A stretch of 64,000 bases of DNA from Eledone cirrhosa (GCA_964016885.1 OZ024742.1:57660001-57724000), one strand, 5' to 3'. Shown: positions 1 to 12,129, counted from the first letter of the stretch. The notes: generated by a model not told the origin, from the letters alone. Numbers and translations: made by a program.

Positions 1-112
1 GGGTTAGTGTTCCAAATGTGTTGCACTAAAAAATTTATCCGGTACTTACAATAGTAAGGGTAAATCCCGATGGAATAGCGGAGCCGATGCGAAGCGTGTC
101 TTACTCTATCAA

Positions 113-140
113 GATAGATAGATAGATAGATAGATAGATA
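113..140 (+). repeat. (GATA)n microsatellite at the 3' end of Tx1 copy 1
   Basis: Perfect GATA units seen directly. Confidence 0.95.
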
Positions 141-3100
141 TGTTTCTTTATTAGCTACAGGGGCACAAAAGAAGGGGACAAATACAAAGGAGGAAGTTTA
201 CATACAATAAAAACGTGTAAAATATTATCTCAAATGCAATTTAAAAATTAGTCGATTTTCCCCAATAGGGGGAGACAGTTCATATGGGTAACACATACCC
301 CGAAATAAAATGTGCAACCCTCATCTCCAGGAGTACGAAGAGTTTGTACTCCCTTCCTCTCCTCCCCTCTTTCCTCAACCTACAGGCTGATATAGAGAGA
401 AGGCCCATTCACTCGGGCCATTCTCGCCACTTTCACCCACCTTTCATAAAACTTGCTGGGGTACAGCACCTCTCTCTCCATCCTGATTCTTCTTCCAAAG
501 TGGTATTTGAAAAAAAGAATCAGTTGTGGGCCGGAGACAAAGGTGTCTGATCTCAGCCCTTTTAACCTCGTCCACCATACAACCTCTTTCGCCATAGCTA
601 TCACACAAAGGAAAACCGCCTCTCCTTCGTTTTTGAAGGAGGATGGCGGTTTGATCATGACAACGGACTCGGTGGTCAACCGGATTGGTCCCACCCACGA
701 CAATAGTCGTTCTACATAGCCCCACAGGTCGGTGACGCCCGTGAAGTGTATGAATGCGTGCGCGACGGTTTCTTCGTCTCGCACGCACCTCGGACAGATC
801 TTTTTTGCAGGGTCCCTGCCCGGGCGCCCATCTCTGTAGAGCTTGTCTCGAACTGGTAGAGCTCCTCGGTAGCACTGCCAGGCCAGGAACTTTTGGAAGT
901 TGTCCATCGGCCCCGGGCGGAAGGTCCTACCAAACAGACTGGCCAGTTCGTCTTCCTCTACGCCTAGAGTTTCACCGAGCGCGTCGTCGCACTTGCTGCG
1001 GATCAACCCTCTATAGAATGACGAAGTGGAGTCTCCACTGTTCGCCGGGTCCGCCTGCCAGAGGGCTGTGAGCGCCTGAGCACATTCGATGTGCCAGTCG
1101 CCCATTTTCCTCGGTCTTTGCTTGACCCAAGACTGCAGCTCGGTCAGCGAGACGAGTCGTGGAAAGGCTCGCCTCACGGTGAGGAATACGTAAAGATGCC
1201 GCAGCCTGAACGCGTGTTTGCGCATCGTCAGCCACGGCATCCCCAGCCCTCCGTTGGAAGGGTGTTGGAAGCAGATGGATCTTCTCACCAAAGGAGCCCG
1301 CCTCTTCCAAAGGAATTGGAAGAGCGCGCGCTCCATTTTGGTGAGAGTTTTGGCTGGACAAGGCACGACGGTCAAGCGGTAGTAGATGGCGGACGCTATA
1401 AAAGTGTTCGCCACCTCCGCTCGACCTTTCAAGGATAGTTTGCACTCGGCCCACTTCTGGGTGAGTGCAAACACCTTGGCCGTCACTTCGTTCAAGTTCT
1501 TCTCCACCTGGAGGTCCGGAACAAACCAGACCCCGAGCAGCTTTACCGGTCCTTCCGTCCAGCGTCCGACGACGCCATCGGAAGGCATCGGTTTTCCTCT
1601 CCACGATCCGAGTTGAAAACCGATGGGCTTGTCCCGGTTCAGCTTCGCTCCTGTGAACCTTTCGTATTCCTTCAGTAAGGTGCCGACTTCCTCGATTTGC
1701 GAGGCGCTCGACACCATTACTGTCACGTCGTCGGCGTAGGCCGACGCCGCTTTTCGCAGTCCCGGTTCCAGAGGGATGCCCTGCAATAGCTCCAACTTCC
1801 ACAGTAGTGGCTCGAGAGTCAGTACGTACAGAAGGGAGGAGAGAGGGCATCCCTGTCGAATGGATCGCGTGATATGGAACGGCTCCGAGAGGTAACCGTT
1901 CACCTTGACCCTTGATCAGATGTTGCTGTTGTGCATTGCAGCAATCCAGCCCCTGAACACGGGTCCGAAGCCTGTCGCCTCGAGCACCGCATCCAGGTAA
2001 CGATGGTCAACCCTATCGAAAGCCTTAGACTGCCAACACCTTGGCCAAAATCTGTAACTCTGTGTTTAGCAGAGTTATGAACCGAAAGTTGCCTATGTCA
2101 TCCCCCTTATTCTCGTCCTTCCTGACTAGTGTGACTACGCCCCCGGTCACAGAACTGGGAATTCTCCCGTTATGTTGCCAGTTGCAGTAGACCGCTTCCA
2201 GGAGACCGGAGAATAAGTCCGGCATTGCTACGTAAAATTCGTAGGGTAGACCGTCGAAACCTGGAGATTTGCGTTTGCTGCATTGGCTCAGCGCGTCCCC
2301 TATCTCAGCGGCTGAAATCGGCTTTTCGCAGAACTTCGCCTCGCTGTCCGAGAGTTGCGGTAGGCCGTCGAGGTATGGACCGAAATCAATAGCCCCTCCC
2401 GGCGCGCCGCCCTGCCCGAACAGTTGAGCAAAGTGCCGCTGAAAGGCCGCACACATCTGCTTCGGCTCACGTATCACGCGTCCGTTTTGGTCCTTCAAAG
2501 ATCGAATCGTAGACTTGTTGCCACTTTTTTCCTCCGTCACTCAGGCCCAGCTAACAGCTTTGGCTTCCTCGTTTCCCAGAGCACGTATTTTGCTTCTGAC
2601 AACGCAGCCCTCGTGCTTTGCGTCGAAGAACTGGTCCAAGGCCGTTCTCGTTGCTAGCACGCTGGCTACGTTGCCACTTCTAATTGCCTCTTCTACTTTA
2701 TCTACCAGTTCCTTCTCGGTTCTATTTCTATCTAACGCTAATTCTTTACTAAAAACTAACGAGTCTAATATAACTGCCCTCTTGAGAGAGTACCACCATC
2801 TGTTGTTGACAATGGCCCCTGTCAAGTGCTGTTTATCTAAAGTGCTAATCTGTCTACTGTAGGCTTTGCATGTCGGTAACGACAAGTTCAGCTTCCAGTA
2901 GCCGGGTTCTTGTCTATGGGTTCTATCAAGGTTGACCATGCAGGTCACTAGTTTGTAATCTGAATAGGCAACCATGAACATTTGTGGACAGCTTAACATG
3001 TCCCTATCCTTATTTCTAACTATAACACTATCTAGGTACGATCTAGATGTTCCGCTACGATTAGTCCACGTCCACAGTGGCACAGTCTGAAAATCTAGTC

Positions 3101-3987
3101 GATATCTATTGGCCAGGTCAAATCGGCCGATTAACTGTTTGAGGCTGTTACACCCCCCTTTATCGAGACATGCTCCCACATAGTCCCAACGTGCATCTAG
3201 GATTCCATTCCAGTCCCCCACTAAAAGCAAGGAGCGGGACGTTCCCAGAAAAGTCTCTAGACGTTTGAAGAAGTCTCGCCGCGGTGTCCCGGATGGGGCA
3301 TATGTGGCCACCAGCCTGAAGGCTCCACCTTCACTACCGTCAACGTCTAGGACCACCTCTCGACCCTCCGGGTCCAGATGTACCGTCTGTGTTACGAGGC
3401 CCAGGTGTTTCTGCAGCAAAACGGCAACCCCTCCCCCACCCCCGGCCGACAGAGAGATGCATAGATCTCAAAGTCATCGAAGATGAGGGCCAGCTGTCGC
3501 TCGCTGTGGATCCTGGACTCGAAAATGGCTACTACATCCATACTGTGCGACCTGAGGTCGTTTAAGAGTTTGCCCTGTTTCCAGGGCATCCCCAGGCCGC
3601 GTACATTCACACATCCAACTCTTATATTGGCCATGTTGATTCTGAAAAGTTAAAAGAAGAGGAGAAGAAAACACTCACCTCTTCGTCTCCCGGGGATCAG
3701 GCCGCACAGTTTCCATGGGGGTGTTAGAGGGGTTGTCTGGGTGGGTGGTGGTTTCCGGCGAGGTGGGGACGGAGATGTTTGGTAGGGTGGGGTGTCTGGG
3801 TGGGGGTGTCTGGTGTGAGGGTGGGGAAACTTTTTTAAAGGACGCGGTTAATGGGTTTAACACAAGGATTACCCACGTCCTTAGGAAAGTTTTCCTTTAA
3901 AGACTTATAGGTGTCCGTAGGGACCCTAATCATCTTTAAATTAGGTTTGTCTACACAGTTCGAAAAAGTTTTCCCTTCGGTTTTCTC
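141..3987 (-). mobile_element. Tx1/L1-clade non-LTR retrotransposon, copy 1 (5'-truncated in ORF1, ORF2 disrupted)
   Basis: ORF2 starts at 3634 (MANIRVGCVNVRGL). APE motifs LVGDWN and SYLD..SDYK; RT motifs KSPGFDG, IRQGCPLS, AYADD; C-terminal CPRC..ETVAHAF..; stop at 380-382; AATAAA at the 3' end. Frameshifts and a ~160-bp RT deletion near 2030 relative to copy 3. Bounded by GATA repeats. Confidence 0.93.
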
Positions 3988-3995
3988 GATAGATA

Positions 3996-4749
3996 TATTT
4001 CTTTATTAGCCACAGGGGCACAAAAGAAGGGGACAAATACAAAGGGGGAAGTTTACATACAATAAAAACGTGTAAAATGTTATCACAGATGGAATTTAAA
4101 AGTTAGTCGATTTTCCCCAATAGAGGGAGACAGTTTATATGGGTAACACAGACCCCCGAAAAAAATGTGCAACCCTCATCTCCAGGAGTACGAAGAGCTT
4201 GTACTCTTTTCCTCTCCTCCTCCTTTTCCTCAACCTACAGGCTGATATAGAGAGAAGGCCCATTCACTCGGGCCATTCTCGCCACTTTCACCCACCTTTC
4301 ATAAAACTTGCTGGGGTACAGCACCTCTCTCTCCATCCTGATTCTTCTTCCAAAGTGGTATTTGAAAAAAAGAATCAGTTGTTGGCCGGAGAGAAAGGTG
4401 TCTGACCTCAGCCCTTTCAACCTTGTCCACCATACAACCTCTTTCGCCATAGCTATCACACAAAGGAAAACCGCCTCTCCTTCGTTTTTGAAGGAGGGTG
4501 GCGGTTTGATCATGACAATGGACTCGGTGGTCAACTGGATTGGTCCCACCCGCGACAATAGTCGTTCTACATAGCCCCACAGGTCAGTGACGCCCGGGCA
4601 GTGTATGAATGCGTGCGCGACGGTTTCTTCGTCTCGCACGCACCTCGGACAGATCTTTTTTGCAGGGTCCCTGCCCGGGCGCCCATGTCTGTAGAGCTTG
4701 TCTCGAACTGGTAGAGCTCCTCGGTAGCACTGCCAGGCCAGGGACTTTT
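3996..4749 (-). mobile_element. Tx1/L1-clade LINE, copy 2 (short 5'-truncated 3' fragment with 17-bp TSD)
   Basis: Nearly identical to the 3' 750 bp of copy 1. GGTTTTCTCGATAGATA is duplicated at 3979-3995 and 4750-4766. Confidence 0.92.
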
Positions 4750-4758
4750 GGTTTTCTC

Positions 4759-4792
<34 letters not shown>

Positions 4793-4793
4793 C

Positions 4794-4854
<61 letters not shown>
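4759..4854 (+). repeat. (GATA)n microsatellite between Tx1 copies 2 and 3
   Basis: About 24 units, one GACA variant. Confidence 0.97.
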
Positions 4855-4855
<1 letters not shown>

Positions 4856-7800
4856 ATTTCTTTTTATTTGCCACGAGGGCACAAAAGAAAGGGACACATA
4901 CATGGGGGGGGGTACATAGAAATCGAGTAAAAAAATGTAATAACAAATAAAATTATAACAAAAAGGTCCTCAATAGGGAGGGATCTTTTTGGGGTCACAC
5001 ACACACACCCGAAAAAAAATGTGCGACCCTTCTCTACGTGAGCACAAATAGAGGGTTCTCCCTTCTTCCTTCATCCTTTTCCACCTACAGGCTGATAAAG
5101 AGAGAAGGCCCATTCACGCGGGCCATTCTCGCAACTTTCACCCACCTTTCATAAAACTGGCTGGGGTGGAGCACCTCTCTCTCCATCCTGATCCTGCTTC
5201 CGAAATGGTATCGGAAGAAAAGAACTAGTTGTTGGCCGGAAAGAAAGGTGTCCGACCTCAGCCCTTTTAGACGCGTCCACCATACAACCTCTTTTACCAT
5301 GGCTATTACACAGAGGAAGCCCGCCTCTCCTTCATTTTTAAAGGAGGGAGGCGGCTTGATCATTACAATGGACTCGGTGGTCAACCTAATTGGTCCCACC
5401 CGTGACAGCAGTTGTTCGACATAGCCCCACAGATCGGTAACGCCCGGGCAGTGTACCAATGCGTGCGCGACGGTTTCCTCGTCGCGCACGCATCTGGGAC
5501 AGATCTTTTTCGAGGGGTCCCTACCAGGGAGCCCGTGTCTGTAGAGCTTATCCCGAACGGGCAGAGCCCCTCGGTAGCACTGCCAGGCCAAGGGACTTCT
5601 GGAAGTTGTCCATAGGTCCCGGGCCGAAAGTCCTACCGAATAGGCTGGCCAGTTCGTCCTCCTCCATGCATAGGGTTTCTCCGAGGGCGTCGTCGCACCT
5701 GCTAACCACCAGCCCTCTATAGAATGACGAGGTGGAGTCTCCACCGATAGCCGGGTCCGCCTGCCAGAGAGCCGTGAGCGCCTGGGCACACTCGGTGTGC
5801 CAGTCGCCCAGTTTTCTCGGTCTTTGCTTCACCCAGGACTGCAGCTCGGTGAGCGAGACGAGCCTCGAGAAGGCTCGCCTCACAAACGGGGTCCAGACCG
5901 GTTGACCGGTGAGGAATTCCTGGAGGTGCCGTAGCCTCAATGCGTGTTTACGCATTTTTAGCCACGGCATCCCCACCCCTCCTTTCAAAGGGTGTTGACA
6001 GCAGATGGATCTCCTCACCAGAGGAGACCTCTTCTTCCAAAGGAAGTGAAAGAGAGCGCGCTCCATTTTGGTGAAGATCTCACCCGGGCAAGGCACGACA
6101 CTCAAGCGGTAATAGATGACGGACGCTATGTAAGCGTTCGCCACCTCCGCCCGACCTTTCAGAGATAGTTTGCACTCGGCCCATTTCAGGGTCAGTGCAA
6201 ACACCCTATTCGTCACCTCACCCCAGTTTTTCTCCACCTGGAGGTCCGGTCCGAACCAGACCCCAAGCAACTTCACTGGGCCCTCCGTCCACCGTCCGAC
6301 GATACCGTCGGACGACATCGGTTTGCCCCTCCACTCGCCGAGTTGCAAAGCGACTGACTTGTCCCGGTTCAGCTTAGCCCCTGTCAACCTTTCGTACTCC
6401 TCCAGTAAGGTGCCGATTGTCCCGATTTCCGCGTTAGTCGACACCATTACTGTTAGTCATCGGCGTAGGCCGACACCGCTTTGCGCAATCCCGGTTCCAA
6501 AGGGATGCCCTGCAACAACTCCAACTTCCGCAGTAGTGGCTCGAGAGCCAATACATACAGAAGGAAGGAGAGAGGGCACCCCTGTCGGATGGAGCAGGTG
6601 ATTTCGAACGCCTCCGAGAGGTAGCCGTTCACCTTGACTCTAGAGCAGATGCAGCTGCTGTGCATGGCAGTGATCCAGCCTCTGAAAACGGGTCTGAAAC
6701 AAGCCGTCGCTAGCACCGCATCCAGGTAACCATGGTCCACCATATCGAAAGCTTTAGACTGATCTAAATTTATCAGGGCCCCACCAAAGCCGGGTTTGTT
6801 CCCAACCCTCTCGATGATGTATCGCATGAGGTGGAGGTTGTCGTGGATGGACCTGGACGGGATAGCGCATGTCTGCGCATCTCCCACCAGGCCCCCCACG
6901 ACAAGCGCCAACCTCTTCGCTAACACCTTGGCCAAAATCTTTAACTCTGCATTTAGCAGATTTATGGGCCTAAAATTACTAATGTCATCCCCCTTGTTCT
7001 CGTCCTTCCTCACTAGCGAGACTACGCCCTTGGTCACAGAACAGGGAATTCTCCCATTCTGTTGCCAGTTGCAGTAGACCGCCTCGAGGAGATCGGGGAA
7101 CAAGTCCGGCATATTAATATATAGTTCGTAGGGCAGACCATCGAGGCCTGGAGATTTGCGTTTGCCGCATAGGCTTAGCACGTCCCCTATTTCAGCAGCT
7201 GAGATCGGTCCGTCGCAGGACCTCGCCTCCTCGACCGAAAGACGCGGCAGGCCGTCGAGGTATGGACCGAAATCCACAACCCCAACCGCCCCCCCGCCCC
7301 TCCCGAACAATCGGGCAAAGTGCCTTTGAAAGGCCTCGCACATTTGCTTAGGTTCAAGGATCACCCGTCCATCCTGGTCTCGCAAAGGCCGGATAGTGGA
7401 TCTAATCCCACTTTTGGCTTCTGTCACGCGGGCCCAGCTAACAGCTTTGGTCCCCTCGTTTCCCAGAGCACGTATTTTGCTTCGGACAACGCAGCCTTCG
7501 TGTTTCGCGTCGAAGAACTGGCTCAAGGCTGTTCTCGACGCTTGCACTCTGGCCACGTTGCCGCTTCTTATTGCCTCTTCAACATTAACTACCAACTCCC
7601 TTTCCTTCCTATTTCTATCTGAGGCTAACTCCTTACTAACTCCTATTGAAACTACTCTAATTTCTCTTTTCACAGAGCCCCACCACCTGCTGTTGACGAT
7701 GGCGCCCGTCAACCGCTCCTTAACTAAGGTTCTAATCCGGTCCCTGTAAGCTCTACTTGCCGGTAAGGACAAGTTGAGCTTCCAGTAACCGGGTCCCTGC

Positions 7801-9716
7801 CTATGCGTTCTATCAAGGTGGACTATGCAGGTCACTAACTTGTGGTCTGAATAGCCCACCATGAGCATTTCTGGACAACTTAAAAAGACCCTATCCTTAA
7901 TTCTAACTAAGAACCTATCTAGGTACGATCTAGATTGACCGCTATGGTTTGTCCAAGTCCAGGTTGGCACAGTCGGAAAATCTAGTCGATATCTATCGGC
8001 CAGGTCAAATCGGCCGATTAACCCTTGAGGTTGTTACACCCCCCTCTATCGGGACATGCCCCTACATAGTCCCAACGTGCATCTAGGATACCATTCCAGT
8101 CCCCCACTAAAAGCAAGGAGCGGGACGTCTCTAGAAAAGTCTCCAGACGATGGAAGAAGTCCGATCGCATTTCCCCAAAAGGGGCGTAAACGGCGACCAG
8201 CCTAAAAGCTTCGCCTTCACCACTACCAAGGTCCAGAACCACTAGTCGACCCTCCGGGTCCAAGTGTACCGTCTGTGTAGCGAGACCCAGATGTTTTTGC
8301 AGCAGAACGACAACCCCACCCCACCTCCGGGCTGACAGAGAGATGCGTGCATCTCAAAGTCATCAAAGGTGGGGGCTAGTTGTCACACGCTGCTGATCCG
8401 GGCCTCGCAAATAACCATCACATTTATACATCGTAACCTGAGGTCATTTAGAAGTTTAGCTTGCTTCCAAGGTGAGCCCAGGCCACACGCATTTAGACAA
8501 CCTACTCTTAACACAGCCATGTTGGTGGTAAAGAAAGAGGCACTTACCTCTCTGCATCCCAGGGTCCGGGCTGTTCAGTTTCCATAGGGGTGGTGGAGGG
8601 GTTGTTGGGTGGGGTGGTGGTTTGTGGTGGTGTGGGGGTATTAGTGTGTGGTGGGGTTGGGGTATTTGGAGTTGTGTGGGTGTCTGAGGAGGAGGGTGGG
8701 TAACCTTTTAAGAGGACGCGGTTAAACGGTTTGTTACAGGGAGGGCCCCACGTCCTCTTTATAAACGTTTTTTAAAGTTTGATAAAGGTTCATGAGGACC
8801 TTTATCATTTTGAGGTGTGGAGAGTCATCCACTGTCTTAAAATTTGGCCCTTCGGTTTGCACCAAAGGGTTACTGTTTATTATATTGAGCAGTTTTTTGT
8901 TTTGTTTGTTGATGTAAGTGTACTGTAATGTTTTTTTCTGTGATGCTGTTAGTGTTGTGAAATGGGGAGGGGTGCTTTGTGTTGTGTTTGTTTCTTCTGT
9001 GTTTGTTTGGTTTCTGTTAGTGGTATGTTTCCTTTTTTTCCTTTTTACTGGTCAGAACGGCTCTCCTTCATCTTCGTTATGCTCCGATGTAAGGAGGTTT
9101 TCGTCCGTGTTCGGGTGTAGGGGGATATTTTGTGGTAGTGTTGTGTTGATGTGTGTATTTTTGATTGTTTTCTGTGTGGTGTGGGTGTGACTGTGATTTG
9201 TTTCGTGGTTTTTTGTTTTTGTTGTTGTTGTGGTGGTGGTGATGAAGGTGTTGTTGGTTTTTGTTATCGTTGTGGTGGTGGTGATGGTGGTGTATTTTGT
9301 TGTTTTCGTGGTGGTGGTGTTGGTTGTTTTTGTTGTTGTTGTGGTGTTTGTAGCAGTGGTTTTTTTGTTGTTAGTAGAGGGCAGGCAGTCCTCAGGTGAC
9401 CTCTGCCAGCGCAGTGGTAACATGAGGGCCTCCTGCCTTCCACCGTAATATTAATGAAAGTTCGACCATCCAGTAGTACTCGGTCGGGTATTCCGGCAAT
9501 ACTCTCTGGTGTCATCTGTATGAGAACCTCCAGACTTTTCCCCCTTAACAGTCCACTGGTGGACTCACCTGCTGATACTAGAATGTCCTTTTCAGGACGG
9601 ACCAGATGTCTACTTCTGGCGTTGAGCTCCACATTCTTAATCTGTGTTCTTCTTCCTTTATATGTGGGGAAGAAGGTGTATTGTGGTGACACTATAGGTG
9701 CCACCGAGCATTTTCA
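4855..9716 (-). mobile_element. Tx1/L1-clade LINE, copy 3 (diverged subfamily; partial ORF1 plus frameshifted ORF2)
   Basis: ORF1 fragment 9264-9704 with CCHC knuckle CYHCAGRGHLRTAC and a T/K/P-rich tail. ORF2 starts at ATG 8520 (MAVLRVGCLN), with RT motifs SKAFD, RQGCPLS, AYADD and CPRC..HALVHC; stop at 5085-5087. (GATA)n on both sides. Confidence 0.93.
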
Positions 9717-9830
9717 ATAGATAGATAGATAGATAGACGGACTGACGGACGGACAGACAGATAGATTTAGGGAAATAAAAGATAGATGGATGGAGGGATA
9801 GATGGAGCGACGGGTGGACAGATGGACAAG
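9717..9830 (+). repeat. (GATA)n decaying into GACG/GATG variants at the 5' flank of Tx1 copy 3
   Basis: atagatagatagatagatagacggactgacggacggacagacagatagat... Confidence 0.85.
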
Positions 9831-10067
9831 AACACGTGGTGTAAGGCAGTGAATAGAAATATATAAAAGTGAAGAGAGGTAAATAGCGATGTCTGTAATT
9901 GTATAGAGATGCAAAAAGATTAATAAAGCTGACTATCTATTGCTGTCGGTGGACGTAGCACATTTATGGCTACACTATTTGTGGTCACACTCGGATCCAA
10001 TCCTGGGCTAAATATGGTTGTATCACGTCTACTATGTGTTTAGTGATATGTCTGCTGTATGTCTGTT

Positions 10068-10310
10068 GACCATGTTAAAACAACGTGCCAACTCAAATAT
10101 GTGTGTGTGAGAGACAGAGAGAGGTTGCTCTCCAGTGCTACTGGCAACATGTAACCCAGTACAACCTGTGCATGGTCGGGTCGTCAGCGACTAAACCAGC
10201 AACCCCACTAAGCTTGGTTGGTGAGGAGGGTGATTTTGGACATACTGCGAAATGAAAAACAAAACCCGTCAAAGGGTGGAGGGACTCAGGCGAGTCAACA
10301 GCCATCCAAT
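10068..10310 (+). mobile_element. RTE-type LINE 5'UTR fragment
   Basis: gggtcgtcagcgac...gagtcaacagccatccaat. The motif recurs at 10687-10745, and the gagtcaacggccatccaa part at 60571 upstream of the RTE ORF. Confidence 0.5.
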
Positions 10311-11489
10311 AAAGTTTTTTTGCGTAACGAGAGACTCCTAGTTTTCATAAAGACATCCCTCTAGGTCACTCTGATATATATATAACCTGCGGCTTCGTTT
10401 GCATCTAATGGTGTAGACCAGTTCTACTTTTTGGGCAAATGCATTTGATGTTCCGACCACAGGTATCGCTCGATATCCGATTTTTTTTTTTTTTTCTTGT
10501 GATGCATGGCATTGCTGGCCAAAGGCAAGTCCCCAGCAGGACTAAAAAGCCACGTTCGAGGTGCTCATGCTTAAGTATCAAGTGATGGCACTACTTGAAA
10601 TTGAGTTGGAGCCATCATGTATGTATATATATATATCGTCTGAGAGGATCAACAGGGCAATATGCGCCTCAACCTGTCACATAGTTGGGTCGTCGGCGAC
10701 AGTGATTTTTGGACACTCGGCAAGGAGAATCAACGGCCATCCAATATAGGTAGACAGAGCTCGTTAGCCTTGGTTGGCAGTGTGTCTAGAAGAAAGATCA
10801 CTTTGATTTCAAAACCGGGGTGGATGGGATACATTAGTCACTTAGTTGATAACCTTTCAAGTGACAAATGTTTTCATCCTTGAGATGAAAGAGGATGAGA
10901 TGCAGCTTCTGAGTTATGGTCGGACGAGGATTCAGAAGCCACCGGAGTTACTTTTTTTTCGATAAGAATCAGGGACATGTAGACTGTCCATGAACCCCAA
11001 CCCTCAGTAATGAAGGTGGGAAGAGACGAGGCCAGACCAAGCTGAGATGTATATCTTCCTAGATTGATTAAATGTGTAATATTGTGAATACTATGGTACA
11101 ACTGGAAACTAAAATTTCGCCTATCAGAATATCTGAACAAAAGAAAAAAATGTTTCAAAAAAAAAAAAAAAAGCCTGTCAAGGGAGATAATACATTCTAA
11201 TTGCTGATTATTGTTCTTTATTTACTAAAAAAAAAAAATGAAAATGTAAAAGATCAGGGGAGATAACTTTAATTCTATGTTTGAGTTATTTCCTCCAAGG
11301 GCCGTTATCTCATGGGGAAGAAGCAGTGATCCAAAATTGAAATGGGGGCGTGATATCCACCAGTGTTAATGCCAATCTACAGTAAAGTTGATGGACTGCT
11401 GTTTTCCCCATCCCATCAAAATGAATACACGATAGAAAGTGAATTAGTATAAAACTAGAACCCATTTTCCATTTCAAATTGTCCTTAAT

Positions 11490-11983
11490 TTCGTTTTTAC
11501 TTTTGGTAAATACCCTTCTACTTCCTGAGAGGGTCACGAGTCCTCAAACACTCCTTCCAGCAGGTCATGTCAGAAGCAACCGTCTCCAACTAATCCGGCT
11601 GGATCCCCAAGCGAGACCAGTTCTACCTGGAGTAACTCTGATCTCCAAGCTATGCACTCTATCAAGTAATGTTATTCCAAAGGCACTTCGGATGAACCCT
11701 ATTTCGGCCGCTTGTGTTCGTGATTGTATTCTTTCGGTCATTACCTTGATTCATGACTACAGGCAAGGGTTGCCACGAATACCGAATTGAAGAGAAATTT
11801 GTCTACCGAATGCTGAAGCATTACTGTAGCAGCTCCTATAATTCTTGCACTTAATTCAGCCGCCTGCCTTCCATTATTCGTGAACACGGACCCAAGATAC
11901 TTGAACTTCTCTACCTGCTTCAGTGGAACTCCATTTACATATAGAGTGCACGGCACAGGCTTCCTTGAAAAGTATAGCACCAC
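11490..11983 (-). mobile_element. RTE-clade LINE 3' fragment
   Basis: LYVNGVPLKQVEKFKYLGSVFT, typical of the post-RT region. Confidence 0.7.
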
Positions 11984-12123
11984 TATGATCAGTCAATTAG
12001 TAAAGATACTATAAACATTTGAATCAACAAACCCGTTTCTAGATATTTTCTAAGTAATTACAGGATGTTAAATTAAGTTTAAAAAAAGAAAAAAAGATAA
12101 TGGATTTTTAAAAAAAGAACTGT

Positions 12124-12129
12124 TTTATT
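12124..12129 (-). terminator. Putative SUB1 polyadenylation signal AATAAA
   Basis: About 100 nt downstream of the stop, followed by T-rich sequence. Confidence 0.55.

Noticed and set aside
4235-4946. ORFs with (LSIY)n repeats
   Set aside because: Translation of the (TATC)n microsatellite fused to a truncated LINE.
8918-9448. V/C/F/G-rich plus-strand ORFs
   Set aside because: Antisense of the low-complexity T/K/N-rich tail of Tx1 ORF1.
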